A DNA stretch of 64,000 bases. It comes from Bacteroidales bacterium (lineage in GTDB: Bacteria > Bacteroidota > Bacteroidia > Bacteroidales > VadinHA17). Where the stretch lies: assembly GCA_038252165.1 (NCBI GenBank), contig JBBSAP010000001.1, positions 1,530 to 65,529 of the forward strand. Reading direction: 5' to 3'. The stretch's first letter is position 1. Every line of letters starts with the position of its first letter. Positions 25,016-34,129 of this stretch are shown piece after piece. The notes beneath the pieces were generated by a model. It saw only the letters and a program-made list of their open reading frames with translations, was not told the DNA's origin and made no database searches. The position numbers and the translations under genes were made by a program.

Positions 25016-25087
25016 TAGCGGAGGGAGGATTCGAACCTCCGACCTTTGGGTTATGAGCCCAACGAGCTGCCACTGCTCCACCCCGCA
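25016..25087 (-). tRNA. tRNA-Met (anticodon CAT), initiator-like
   Basis: Reverse complement reads TGCGGGGTGGAGCAGTGGCAGCTCGTTGGGCTCATAACCCAAAGGTCGGAGGTTCGAATCCTCCCTCCGCTA. It forms a cloverleaf with three G:C pairs closing the anticodon stem and a 1:72 mismatch. CCA is not encoded. Confidence 0.88.
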
Positions 25088-25173
25088 ATATATTTGAGGT
25101 GCAAATTTAATACTTAAGGCGCAATAACCAAAAGAATTAATGATTTTTTCAATAATAAAATTTGTAAGTTTGC

Positions 25174-25282
25174 AGGAAGACGGAAGACCGAAGTCCGGAA
25201 CACGTTAATGGTTTCGGATTCAGGATTCGGGATTTCAGGATTTTAAGACTGCAAGACCGCAAGACTGCAAGACCGCAAGACA
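25174..25282 (+). repeat. Three adjacent blocks of 7-8 nt tandem repeats (GGAAGAC-type, GGATTC-type, AAGACYGC x4.5)
   Basis: The clearest block is aagactgc aagaccgc aagactgc aagaccgc aagaca at 25245-25282. Confidence 0.8.
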
Positions 25283-25350
25283 ATAGCCCTAATACATCAG
25301 CTATCGATTTTAATTGACATATCAGAATTAGTAATTAAATTATAAACACC

Positions 25351-25734
25351 ATGCCAAGAGTATTCAAAGCCAGCGATATTGAAAATGAGGAGAAAGAAGT
25401 AAAGCGTGACTATCTCGACCGCCATATGCCTCATGTGATCTGTCCCGATCAGGTTAACAGGGGAGAGAAATTTGCAGTAAAAGTGAAGCTTGGTGAAGAA
25501 TATCCCCACCCCGATGAATATGATCATTCAATAAGCATGATACAGTTATGGAACCGCGAAACTCTTCTTGCCGAAGCCCGCTATACTCCGGGGGTATATG
25601 GTAATCTTCCTTCCCATGTCGAAATAGATTTTTATATTGTTGCCCCGGATGTATCAATGAACCTTTCGGCAATGTCGGTCTGCTCTAAGCACGGCCTGTG
25701 GCAAAGTGAAGATAAACCTGTAAAGGTTATTTAA
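25351..25734 (+). CDS. Class II superoxide reductase-like (neelaredoxin/desulfoferrodoxin Fe-centre domain) protein
   Basis: 127 aa. Candidate ligand pattern: HMPHV, HPDEYDH, CSKHGLW. Confidence 0.55.
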   Translation: MPRVFKASDIENEEKEVKRDYLDRHMPHVICPDQVNRGEKFAVKVKLGEEYPHPDEYDHSISMIQLWNRETLLAEARYTPGVYGNLPSHVEIDFYIVAPDVSMNLSAMSVCSKHGLWQSEDKPVKVI

Positions 25735-25771
25735 GGTTTATTATCTTTGCACGCCAATCATGTAAAGGATT

Positions 25772-26635
25772 ATGCCCAAAAACGATAAGAAAAAACGCAA
25801 CTGGCGCGATAAATACAGGTTTTCCGTAAGCAATGATACAACTTTTGAGGAGGTTTGGAGAATAAGACTTACACAGTATAATGCCTTCCTGCTTATCACG
25901 CTTCTTATGTTTTTCATTATCGGTGCAACAGCTTCTCTTATTGCGTTTACAAATCTCAGGGAATCTATTCCGGGTTATCCCGACATTACCATGAGGCGCA
26001 ACATTCTTGTAAACGCCATCCGTCTTGACTCTCTTGAAAAAGAGCTTATCCTGAGAGACAAGTATTTCGAAAATCTTAGTTCCATCATAGCCGGAAATCA
26101 ACCCCTTAGTTCTTTGGCCCTGAGGGATACCACGAGAAACTATAACTCAATCACATTCCGCTCTTCACCTGAAGATTCAGCCCTGAGAGCCCAGATTGAA
26201 AAAGATGACAGGTATAATCTTACCCTCGGTTCTGTGACAGCCGAAACGGGTACCAGCCTTGCGGGTCTTCATTTTTTCCCTCCGGTTAAAGGTATTGTAT
26301 CAGGGAAATTCGATCCCCGGTCAAGCCATTTTGGCACAGACATAGTTACAAAGCCCAAATCGCCTGTTGATGCGGCTCTCGACGGCACAGTAATATTTAC
26401 GGGCTGGACCAGGGAGACAGGATTTGTAATTGAGCTTCAGCATTCGAACAATATTGTCTCAGTGTACAAGCATAATGCCTCTCTTCTTAAGGAGACAGGA
26501 GACCTTGTCCGGACAGGCGAAGCAATCGCGATAGTGGGCGATTCTGGTGAACTCTATACCTCAGGTCCTCATCTTCACTTTGAAATCTGGTACAAGGGAA
26601 GTCCTCTTGATCCTGAAAAACATATAATTTTCTAA
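25772..26635 (+). CDS. M23-family peptidoglycan metalloendopeptidase (membrane anchored)
   Basis: N-terminal TM. HFGTDIV (HxxxD) and GPHLHFEIW (HxH). Confidence 0.85.
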   Translation: MPKNDKKKRNWRDKYRFSVSNDTTFEEVWRIRLTQYNAFLLITLLMFFIIGATASLIAFTNLRESIPGYPDITMRRNILVNAIRLDSLEKELILRDKYFENLSSIIAGNQPLSSLALRDTTRNYNSITFRSSPEDSALRAQIEKDDRYNLTLGSVTAETGTSLAGLHFFPPVKGIVSGKFDPRSSHFGTDIVTKPKSPVDAALDGTVIFTGWTRETGFVIELQHSNNIVSVYKHNASLLKETGDLVRTGEAIAIVGDSGELYTSGPHLHFEIWYKGSPLDPEKHIIF

Positions 26636-26650
26636 AACCGGGAGTGCCCT

Positions 26651-27820
26651 ATGCCAAAGAGAATTGCTTTGTTGGGATCGACCGGATCGATCGGCACACA
26701 GACCCTGGATGTCATTTCAAGGTTTCCGGGAGAATATAAGGTTGAGGTTCTTACAGCAGGGAATAATATCAGGCTTCTGGTACAGCAGGCAGAGAAATAT
26801 CTGCCTGATTCCGTGGTTATCGGAAATTCCCTTCATTATCATCAGCTGAAGGAAGCTCTTAAGGATATTCCGGTTAAGGTATATGCTGGTGATGAAGCTA
26901 TTGAACAGGTCGTAAGAGGTTCAAACATCGACATGGTGGTTGTTGCCATGGTTGGCTATTCAGGACTTAGGCCAACTATCTCGGCTATAAAGTCCGGAAA
27001 GAAAATTGCCCTGGCAAACAAGGAAACTCTTGTGGTTGCAGGCGAAATAATAAAAAAACTGGTCAAAGAATCAGGTAGTAAGATCATTCCTGTTGATTCT
27101 GAGCATTCAGCGATTTTTCAATGCCTTGCCGGCGAGTCGGGGAATCCGGTCGAAAAGATCACACTGACTGCTTCCGGAGGCCCTTTTCTCAATTTTACGG
27201 AAGAGATGCTAAAGAAAGTAAAACCTCATGAAGCGCTTAAACATCCAAACTGGGAGATGGGCAATAAAGTAACTGTCGATTCTGCCTCGCTGATGAACAA
27301 AGGGCTTGAGGTTATTGAGGCAAGATGGCTTTTCGATCTTCCTCCTGAACAAATAGAAGTTATAATTCATCCCCAGTCAATCATTCATTCCCTGGTCCAT
27401 TTTGCCGACGGGTCGGTGAAAGCCCAACTTGGTATGCCTGATATGAGGATCCCGATCCTGTATGCATTAAGCTATCCTGACAGGTTATCCTCAAATCTTC
27501 CAAAGCTTGATCTGAGCAAATGTCCGACGCTCAATTTTATCGAACCTGATCCTTCAAGATTCCGTAACCTTGCACTGGCTTATAACGCACTCAGGCAGGG
27601 AGGTAATATGCCCTGTATAATGAATGCAGCAAATGAGGTTGCCGTGAACGCATTTCTTTCAGGGAAAATTGGCTTTCTGCAGATGTCGGATGTGGTTGAA
27701 TTCACTATGGAAAAAACGGAATATTTTGTATCCCCCGGACTGGGCTTCCTTGAAACATCTAATTCAAGGGCAAGAACAGTTGCACAAAACTACATTAACG
27801 AACTTTTAAAGAAATCATGA
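26651..27820 (+). CDS. dxr: 1-deoxy-D-xylulose-5-phosphate reductoisomerase
   Basis: LGSTGSIGTQTLDVI, DSEHSAIFQC, NKGLEVIEA. Confidence 0.95.
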   Translation: MPKRIALLGSTGSIGTQTLDVISRFPGEYKVEVLTAGNNIRLLVQQAEKYLPDSVVIGNSLHYHQLKEALKDIPVKVYAGDEAIEQVVRGSNIDMVVVAMVGYSGLRPTISAIKSGKKIALANKETLVVAGEIIKKLVKESGSKIIPVDSEHSAIFQCLAGESGNPVEKITLTASGGPFLNFTEEMLKKVKPHEALKHPNWEMGNKVTVDSASLMNKGLEVIEARWLFDLPPEQIEVIIHPQSIIHSLVHFADGSVKAQLGMPDMRIPILYALSYPDRLSSNLPKLDLSKCPTLNFIEPDPSRFRNLALAYNALRQGGNMPCIMNAANEVAVNAFLSGKIGFLQMSDVVEFTMEKTEYFVSPGLGFLETSNSRARTVAQNYINELLKKS

Positions 27821-29148
27821 CAATACTAATAAAGATACTGCAGTTTCTCCTGAGTCTTTCAATCATAGTGATCATACACGAATTTGGTCATTTTATTTTT
27901 GCGAAGCTCTTTAAAACAAGAGTTGAAAAATTCTATCTCTTTTTCGATGCCTGGTTCGCACTTTTCAAACGTAAGATAGGTGAAACTGAATATGGGATAG
28001 GCTGGATCCCTCTTGGCGGCTATGTAAAGATTTCGGGAATGATTGATGAGTCGATGGACAAGGAACAGATGAAGCAGCCTCCCCAGCCATATGAATTCAG
28101 GTCAAAAACTTCCGGTCAGAGACTTATGATAATGACTGCCGGAGTTATCTTTAATTTTATTTCCGCATTGTTAATATATGTATGCGTACTCTATACATGG
28201 GGAATAACATATCTTCCTACAGCCAATGTGAAATATGGTATTGTGACTGATTCGGCGGGTTACTCTATAGGCCTCAGAAACGGAGATAAAATAATTTCAA
28301 TCGACAATCAGAAAATTGATAACTTTAACGAGATTACCTCCGATATAGTTCTGAATGACAGGAAAACAATCCAGGTTGACAGGAACGGAGAAATAATGAA
28401 TATTCCAATCCCGGTGGAGTTTATCGCCAGGTTACTTAAGGGAAACGGAAAGATTGAACCCAGAACACCATTCAGGCCATATATAATTTCTGCTTTTGGG
28501 AAGGTATCTCCCGGCAGGACGGCTGGATTGCAGGAAGGGGATGAGCTCGTGGGTTTAAATGGAAATAATTTTGAATGGTTTGATCAATTTCAGAAATATC
28601 TCTCAGATAACAGGACCATGACGATCGCAGTAAATATCCTGCGAAAAGGGGAACAGATCGATATCCCTGTTGTGCCAACAGCCGAAGGCATGCTCGGAAT
28701 AGGAAGCTCAAGGACATATGACCAGATTTTTGAACTGAAAACTATAAATTACGGGTTCCTTGCATCAATTCCTGCCGGAATAAGCAAAGGCTTTAAAACG
28801 ATTGGAGACTATCTGAAGCAGTTCAAGGTAATATTCTCAAGGCATACAAAAGCTTATGAATCATTGGGTGGTTTTATTACAATCGGGAGCATTTTCCCGG
28901 GTGTCTGGGACTGGCAGTCTTTCTGGAACCTGACCGCTCTGTTGTCGATCATACTTGCGGTAATGAATATACTTCCGATTCCGGCGCTCGACGGCGGACA
29001 TGTTATGTTTTTGTTATATGAAGTGATCACCGGAAGGAAGCCAAGCGACAAGTTCCTTGAGTATGCGCAGATCACAGGAATGGTCATTCTCTTTGCGCTT
29101 CTGATCCTTGCAAACGGGAACGATATCATAAGGCTTATAAAGAAATGA
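27817..29148 (+). CDS. rseP: RIP site-2 metalloprotease RseP
   Basis: HEFGHF zinc motif, PDZ region, NILPIPALDGGH. ATGA overlap with dxr. Confidence 0.9.
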   Translation: MTILIKILQFLLSLSIIVIIHEFGHFIFAKLFKTRVEKFYLFFDAWFALFKRKIGETEYGIGWIPLGGYVKISGMIDESMDKEQMKQPPQPYEFRSKTSGQRLMIMTAGVIFNFISALLIYVCVLYTWGITYLPTANVKYGIVTDSAGYSIGLRNGDKIISIDNQKIDNFNEITSDIVLNDRKTIQVDRNGEIMNIPIPVEFIARLLKGNGKIEPRTPFRPYIISAFGKVSPGRTAGLQEGDELVGLNGNNFEWFDQFQKYLSDNRTMTIAVNILRKGEQIDIPVVPTAEGMLGIGSSRTYDQIFELKTINYGFLASIPAGISKGFKTIGDYLKQFKVIFSRHTKAYESLGGFITIGSIFPGVWDWQSFWNLTALLSIILAVMNILPIPALDGGHVMFLLYEVITGRKPSDKFLEYAQITGMVILFALLILANGNDIIRLIKK

Positions 29149-29289
29149 GATAGAATACCGAAGACGGAACAGAAGATTGACGAACGAAATGAGGAAATTC
29201 CGCAAGGCGGAACAGAAGTACTTTATCCGGTCATCGGATTTCTGACAAAAGAAATATTTTTCTATTATTGTGAATAAACAAAGTATTTA

Positions 29290-29297
29290 TACCTTTG
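29290..29297 (+). promoter_or_regulatory. Bacteroidota -7 box candidate (TACCTTTG) upstream of tatA
   Basis: Exact TAnnTTTG 24 nt upstream of the ATG at 29321. Confidence 0.3.
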
Positions 29298-29320
29298 CAT
29301 AAATTCAAAAACTTAAAGAG

Positions 29321-29494
29321 ATGGGAAAGATTGGAGTAACTGAGATAATTCTTATTTTGCTTGTTGTTGTGCTATTGTTCGGAGGTCGGAAAATACCTGA
29401 ATTAATGAAAGGCATAGGCCAGGGAATGAAGGAATTCAAAAAAGCTTCAAAGGTTGACATCGATGATCAAAAAGAAGGCGAAAAGATAAAGTAG
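29321..29494 (+). CDS. tatA: Twin-arginine translocase subunit TatA/E (57 aa, below the ORF-track cutoff)
   Basis: My own translation: [57 protein letters not shown]. It has the TM helix plus the FGG.K.PEL...G.....FKKA hallmark. Confidence 0.8.
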   Translation: MGKIGVTEIILILLVVVLLFGGRKIPELMKGIGQGMKEFKKASKVDIDDQKEGEKIK

Positions 29495-29637
29495 TATTTT
29501 TAAAATACTGTTACTGAAGAGGGTGTCTCAAAAGGCACTCTCTTTTCTTTTATTTAAGTTGTTGATAATTAGTGAAAAGAAAGGGGATGCCCAAGTTATC
29601 ATCCCAGGCTTCTGCTCAAGGTTCTGGTATATGGTTT

Positions 29638-30729
29638 TTAAGAGTAAAAGGGTTCGTATTTCTGATTTCTTCTTACCGGAATCAAGCCGGCTTCCCTGAT
29701 TATGTTCTGAATCTCATCTGCATTAAACCGGTTATTTGATCCTGCCGCACTTACAACATTCTCTTCTATCATTATTGATCCGAGATCATTTGCCCCCGAA
29801 TGAAGCGACAGCATTGCAACCTCTTTTCCTACAGTAAGTAAAGAGGACTGAAGGTTTGAAATATTATTAAGCATTATCCTGCTGACTGCAACCAGGCGGA
29901 TATAATCAGGCCCATTGTAGGCGCTTTTAATTCCGTGCCTTTTTGAAAGCACAGTTCCTTCATCCTGGAAAGGCCATGGTATAAACGCAACAAATCCGTA
30001 GTTGCCTTCCGGCTTTTCAGCCTGGAGTTCCCTGATCCTTACAAGGTGCTCAACCCTTTCAGCAACTGTTTCAAGATGTCCGTACATCATAGTGGCTGAT
30101 GTTGGCAGATTGAGACGGTGTGCTTCTCTCATCACATCAAGCCATTCTCCGGTCGTGGCTTTGCCTGGTGAAACAATCTTCCTGACCCTGCCGGCAAGGA
30201 TTTCGGCACCGGCGCCGGGAAAACTGTCGAGACCAGCAGCTATTAGCCTGCTGAGTATTTCACCATACGGGAGTCTCTCTTTTTTTGCCAGAAAGACAAC
30301 CTCGGGCGGTCCAAGGGCGTGAAGCTTTAGGGCAGGATATAGTTCCTTGAGTTTCCTGAAAAGGCCGGTATAGAATTCAAGTCCGAGATCGGGATTCATA
30401 CCACCCTGAAGAAGAAGCTGATCACCTCCAAGATTGATGAGCTCATCAATCTTTTTTATATAATCACCGATTGAAGTCACATATGTATCAGGCGAATCCT
30501 TCCTGCGGCAGAAATTACAGAATTTGCACTGGGAAAAACAGACATTGGTTATGTTTACATTTCTATCGATAATCCAGCCGGCTTTATTCCCGGGTACATG
30601 GATCTGCCTGATTTTATCACCAATAAACATCAACTCCTCAAGAGGGGCTTCATGATAAAGTGCAGTTCCCTCCTCAGCGGTCAGTGGTACCAGGCTGAGG
30701 GCTTTTTTGTATAGTTTTTTTAAATCCAT
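29638..30729 (-). CDS. Radical SAM enzyme of the MqnC/MqnE (CofH-like, futalosine menaquinone pathway) family
   Basis: IDRNVNITNVCFSQCKFCNFCR (CxxxCxxC), GGMNPDL, FIPWPFQ. I cannot separate MqnC from MqnE by eye. Confidence 0.65.
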   Translation of the reverse strand: MDLKKLYKKALSLVPLTAEEGTALYHEAPLEELMFIGDKIRQIHVPGNKAGWIIDRNVNITNVCFSQCKFCNFCRRKDSPDTYVTSIGDYIKKIDELINLGGDQLLLQGGMNPDLGLEFYTGLFRKLKELYPALKLHALGPPEVVFLAKKERLPYGEILSRLIAAGLDSFPGAGAEILAGRVRKIVSPGKATTGEWLDVMREAHRLNLPTSATMMYGHLETVAERVEHLVRIRELQAEKPEGNYGFVAFIPWPFQDEGTVLSKRHGIKSAYNGPDYIRLVAVSRIMLNNISNLQSSLLTVGKEVAMLSLHSGANDLGSIMIEENVVSAAGSNNRFNADEIQNIIREAGLIPVRRNQKYEPFYS

Positions 30730-30779
30730 CTGATAACACTAATATCACAGTCAAATGAAACAAATTAACCTTTTCTTTT

Positions 30780-30852
30780 ACCCCTAAATCCCCCAAAGGG
30801 GGACTTTTAATTCTACCCTGTTAAAGCCCCCCTATGGGGGGTTTGGGGGTGG
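30780..30852. repeat. Two inverted copies of the C5-6/G5-6 hairpin repeat element
   Basis: ACCCCTAAATCCCCCAAAGGGGGACTTT (30780-30807, reverse orientation) and AAAGCCCCCCTATGGGGGGTTTGGGGGTGG (30823-30852). Confidence 0.65.
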
Positions 30853-30963
30853 ATCACTTTTTAAAAGCAGGAGAATTTAAACAAATACAAAGGTAACTCT
30901 TTAGAAACTAAACAATCAATAATTTAATTAACTTTACATTCTTAAAAAATCCGGATAAAATCT

Positions 30964-32418
30964 ATGAAACCCGCGATAAATAAAATAACCCAAATACTTC
31001 CTGATCAGTCTGTTATATGTATCCTTGGCAAGGATGAGATTCCCGAATGGCTTAAGCTTACCAAATCAGAAAAGGAATTCGCATTGAAACAGTTGATGGC
31101 AAAGGAAGAGTATGCAATTATCAACTCATACTACAAAAACACTTACATAATAAGGATAAATAAAACAGGTTCTGAATATAAGTTAAAGGAGGAGCTGAGA
31201 AAGACCGCATTCAATCTCCGGAAAGTTATCAGATCGAATAACCACTCTGAGCTCGTAATAGCTTCACACAAGGCATTTAAGGGAGCAGTTGAAGCTTTTA
31301 CTGAAGGATTACTGCTCAGCTTCTATTCTTTCGATAAATACAAAACAAAAAAAGAGAGCGGGGAGAAAAAGGATTATCCTTCACAGCTACTGTTGTACCA
31401 GGGGCCAGATGATGAAGATCTCAAGTGGCTGATTGACCTTACTGATTCGGTTTATTTCGTGCGCGACCTTATAAATGAACCTGTTAACCATCTGAATGCT
31501 ACTGCCCTGGCAGAAGAGATAAAAAAGATTGGCAATTCGGCAGGATTCAGTGTTGAGGTCCTTAATAAGGGAAAGATAGAAACCCTTAAGATGGGCGGAT
31601 TGATTGCAGTCAATAAGGGAAGTGTGGATCCTCCGGTTTTCTGTATTTTGGAGTGGAAGCCTGAAAAGGCCCTTAATGCGAGCCCTCTGGTCCTTGTCGG
31701 GAAAGGTATTGTATATGATACGGGCGGACTGAATATCAAGACTGGCGATTATATGGATAATATGAAAGCTGATATGGCCGGAGCGGCAGCTGTTACCGGT
31801 GTCCTCTGCACAATAGCCAGGACCGGAATTCCGCTTCATGTTATTGGCCTTATCCCTGCCACGGACAACCGTCCTGGCGGAAATGCCTACACTCAGGGAG
31901 ATATTATCACAATGTACAACAAGATGAATGTTGAAGTTGGCAATACCGATGCCGAAGGAAGGATGATACTTGCCGATGCAATCAGCTATGCGTCAAAATT
32001 CAAGCCTGAGCTTATTATCGATATTGCAACACTTACAGGTTCAGCTGTTATGACTTTTGGCGTTCAGGCCATAGCAGTCATGGGCAACGCTGACAGGAAG
32101 TATTTCAGGCTTCTTGAGGAGTGTGGCAACGAGGTTTATGAAAGGACAGCCGAACTGCCATTCTGGGAGGAGTACGGGGAACTTATTAAATCTGATATAG
32201 CTGATATTAAGAATGTTGGCGGAAGGGAGGCCGGTGCCATTACAGCAGGCAAATTCCTGGAGAAATTTGCTGAATATCCAATGATTCATATGGATATAGC
32301 CGGAACAGGGTCACTTAAAAAAGATGATTTTTACAGGTTAAAGGATGGACCAGGGTCCGGAGTAAGACTGCTTTCAACGTTTCTGAAAAAGTATGCAGCT
32401 GACCTGATGGTTAAGTAA
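30964..32418 (+). CDS. pepA: Leucyl aminopeptidase (M17)
   Basis: VGKGIVYDTGGLNIK, NTDAEGRMILADA. Confidence 0.9.
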   Translation: MKPAINKITQILPDQSVICILGKDEIPEWLKLTKSEKEFALKQLMAKEEYAIINSYYKNTYIIRINKTGSEYKLKEELRKTAFNLRKVIRSNNHSELVIASHKAFKGAVEAFTEGLLLSFYSFDKYKTKKESGEKKDYPSQLLLYQGPDDEDLKWLIDLTDSVYFVRDLINEPVNHLNATALAEEIKKIGNSAGFSVEVLNKGKIETLKMGGLIAVNKGSVDPPVFCILEWKPEKALNASPLVLVGKGIVYDTGGLNIKTGDYMDNMKADMAGAAAVTGVLCTIARTGIPLHVIGLIPATDNRPGGNAYTQGDIITMYNKMNVEVGNTDAEGRMILADAISYASKFKPELIIDIATLTGSAVMTFGVQAIAVMGNADRKYFRLLEECGNEVYERTAELPFWEEYGELIKSDIADIKNVGGREAGAITAGKFLEKFAEYPMIHMDIAGTGSLKKDDFYRLKDGPGSGVRLLSTFLKKYAADLMVK

Positions 32419-32428
32419 TGACAGTATT

Positions 32429-33535
32429 ATGGAGAAAAAAACAATAATTGCAGGAATCACGCAAGGCGATATAAATGGTATTGGATATGAGGTTATCATA
32501 AAAGCCCTCATGGATGATGAAATTAATGATATCTGCGTTCCGGTGGTCTATGGCTCGCCTAAGGTGGCAGCATACCATCGCAAAGCCTTGAATATTAATA
32601 ATTTCAGTTTTAATAATATACGTTCTGCGGAAGAAGCAAATAATAATAAAATCAACCTTATAAACTGCCTTGATGATAATATAAGGGTTGAACTTGGAAA
32701 ATCGACACCTCAGGGTGGTGAAGCGGCATTTGCCTCACTCGAAAAAGCTGTGGCCGATCTGAAAAGCGGTAAGATAGATGTGCTGATTACAGCACCTATT
32801 GACAAGCAGAATATTCAGTCGGATAATTTCCGGTTCAGCGGGCATACTGAATATCTAAAATCAGTGGCCGGAGCCGATGATGTGCTTATGTTCATGGTAA
32901 GTGAAAGTGTTAAGATTGGAGTGGCAACCGGCCATGTGCCACTGAGACAAGTTCCTGATCTCATAACAACGGATCTTCTTCTTAGGAAATTCAGGCTGAT
33001 GAACCAATCCCTTATCCTTGATTTCGGTATTCGCCGGCCGAGAATTGCAGTTCTGGGGCTTAATCCGCATGCAGGAGACAATTCCCTCCTGGGAAAGGAG
33101 GAGGCTGAAATTATTTCTCCGGCAATACAGCAGGCGATTAAGGAAAACATCCTAATCTTCGGGCCCTTCCCTGCTGATGGATTTTTCGGGGCAGGATCAT
33201 TTACCAAATTTGACGGGATACTGGCAATGTATCACGACCAGGGTCTCGCGCCTTTTAAGGCATTATCCTTCGACACCGGGGTGAATTTTACTGCAGGACT
33301 ACCATTCATCAGGACATCCCCTGTTCATGGCACTGCTTTCCAGATAGCCGGAAAAGGAGAAGCTTCGGAAAGCTCCTTTCGCCATGCAATTTACCTTGCC
33401 TGCGATATTTTCAGGAACAGGCAGATGTACTCTGAAATAGCCCGCAATCCGCTAAAGCACCAGGATATTGAAATTCATAATGAACGGGTTGATGAACTTC
33501 CGCCTGAAATTCCTAACTCTGAACAACATATATGA
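32429..33535 (+). CDS. pdxA: 4-hydroxythreonine-4-phosphate dehydrogenase
   Basis: GDINGIGYEV, FSGHTEYL, LGLNPHAGD, RTSPVHGTAF. Confidence 0.9.
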   Translation: MEKKTIIAGITQGDINGIGYEVIIKALMDDEINDICVPVVYGSPKVAAYHRKALNINNFSFNNIRSAEEANNNKINLINCLDDNIRVELGKSTPQGGEAAFASLEKAVADLKSGKIDVLITAPIDKQNIQSDNFRFSGHTEYLKSVAGADDVLMFMVSESVKIGVATGHVPLRQVPDLITTDLLLRKFRLMNQSLILDFGIRRPRIAVLGLNPHAGDNSLLGKEEAEIISPAIQQAIKENILIFGPFPADGFFGAGSFTKFDGILAMYHDQGLAPFKALSFDTGVNFTAGLPFIRTSPVHGTAFQIAGKGEASESSFRHAIYLACDIFRNRQMYSEIARNPLKHQDIEIHNERVDELPPEIPNSEQHI

Positions 33536-34113
33536 TCGATTATATTAAAGGGAACCTGGCAGAACTGACCCCTGCATTTATTATTATTGAAAATGGAGGT
33601 ATAGGTTATTTTATCAGCATTTCTCTTTCAACATTTACAAAGCTTGAGGGTAAAACAGAGTGCAGGATACTCGTGCATGAAGTCATAAGGGAAGACAGCC
33701 ATCAGCTCTTTGGATTTGCAGATAAGGCGGAACGTGATATTTTCAGGTTGCTTATATCTGTGTCCGGCGTTGGTTCGAGCACAGCGAGAATGATGCTCTC
33801 CTCACTTAGCCATGACGAAATTGAGAAGGCTATCCTTGAATCAGATGTAAATACTTTAAAGAGTATTAAAGGGATAGGTTTGAAGAGTGCACAGAGGATC
33901 ATTGTTGACCTGAAAGACAAGCTTGGAAAACAATCCGGAACCGGCGAAATATTTGCATTTACAGACAATACCAAGCGTGAAGAGGCGTTATCAGCTCTAG
34001 TGATGCTTGGGTTTGGCAAAAGTGCTGTCTTAAAAGTTCTTGAGAGGATAATCAGAGAGGAGAAATATCTGACTGTCGAGGACCTGATTAAGAAAGCCCT
34101 TAAAAGCCTGTAA
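33532..34113 (+). CDS. ruvA: Holliday junction DNA helicase RuvA
   Basis: MIDYIKGNL..GGIGYFI, HhH motifs (VSGVGSSTARMML, IKGIGLKSAQRI). Confidence 0.93.
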   Translation: MIDYIKGNLAELTPAFIIIENGGIGYFISISLSTFTKLEGKTECRILVHEVIREDSHQLFGFADKAERDIFRLLISVSGVGSSTARMMLSSLSHDEIEKAILESDVNTLKSIKGIGLKSAQRIIVDLKDKLGKQSGTGEIFAFTDNTKREEALSALVMLGFGKSAVLKVLERIIREEKYLTVEDLIKKALKSL

Positions 34114-34129
34114 ATACATATAATTTCAT

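Noticed and set aside
24912-25097. 61-aa plus-strand ORF
   Set aside because: It overlaps the minus-strand tRNA-Met and its terminator, and its content is repeat/tRNA-derived.
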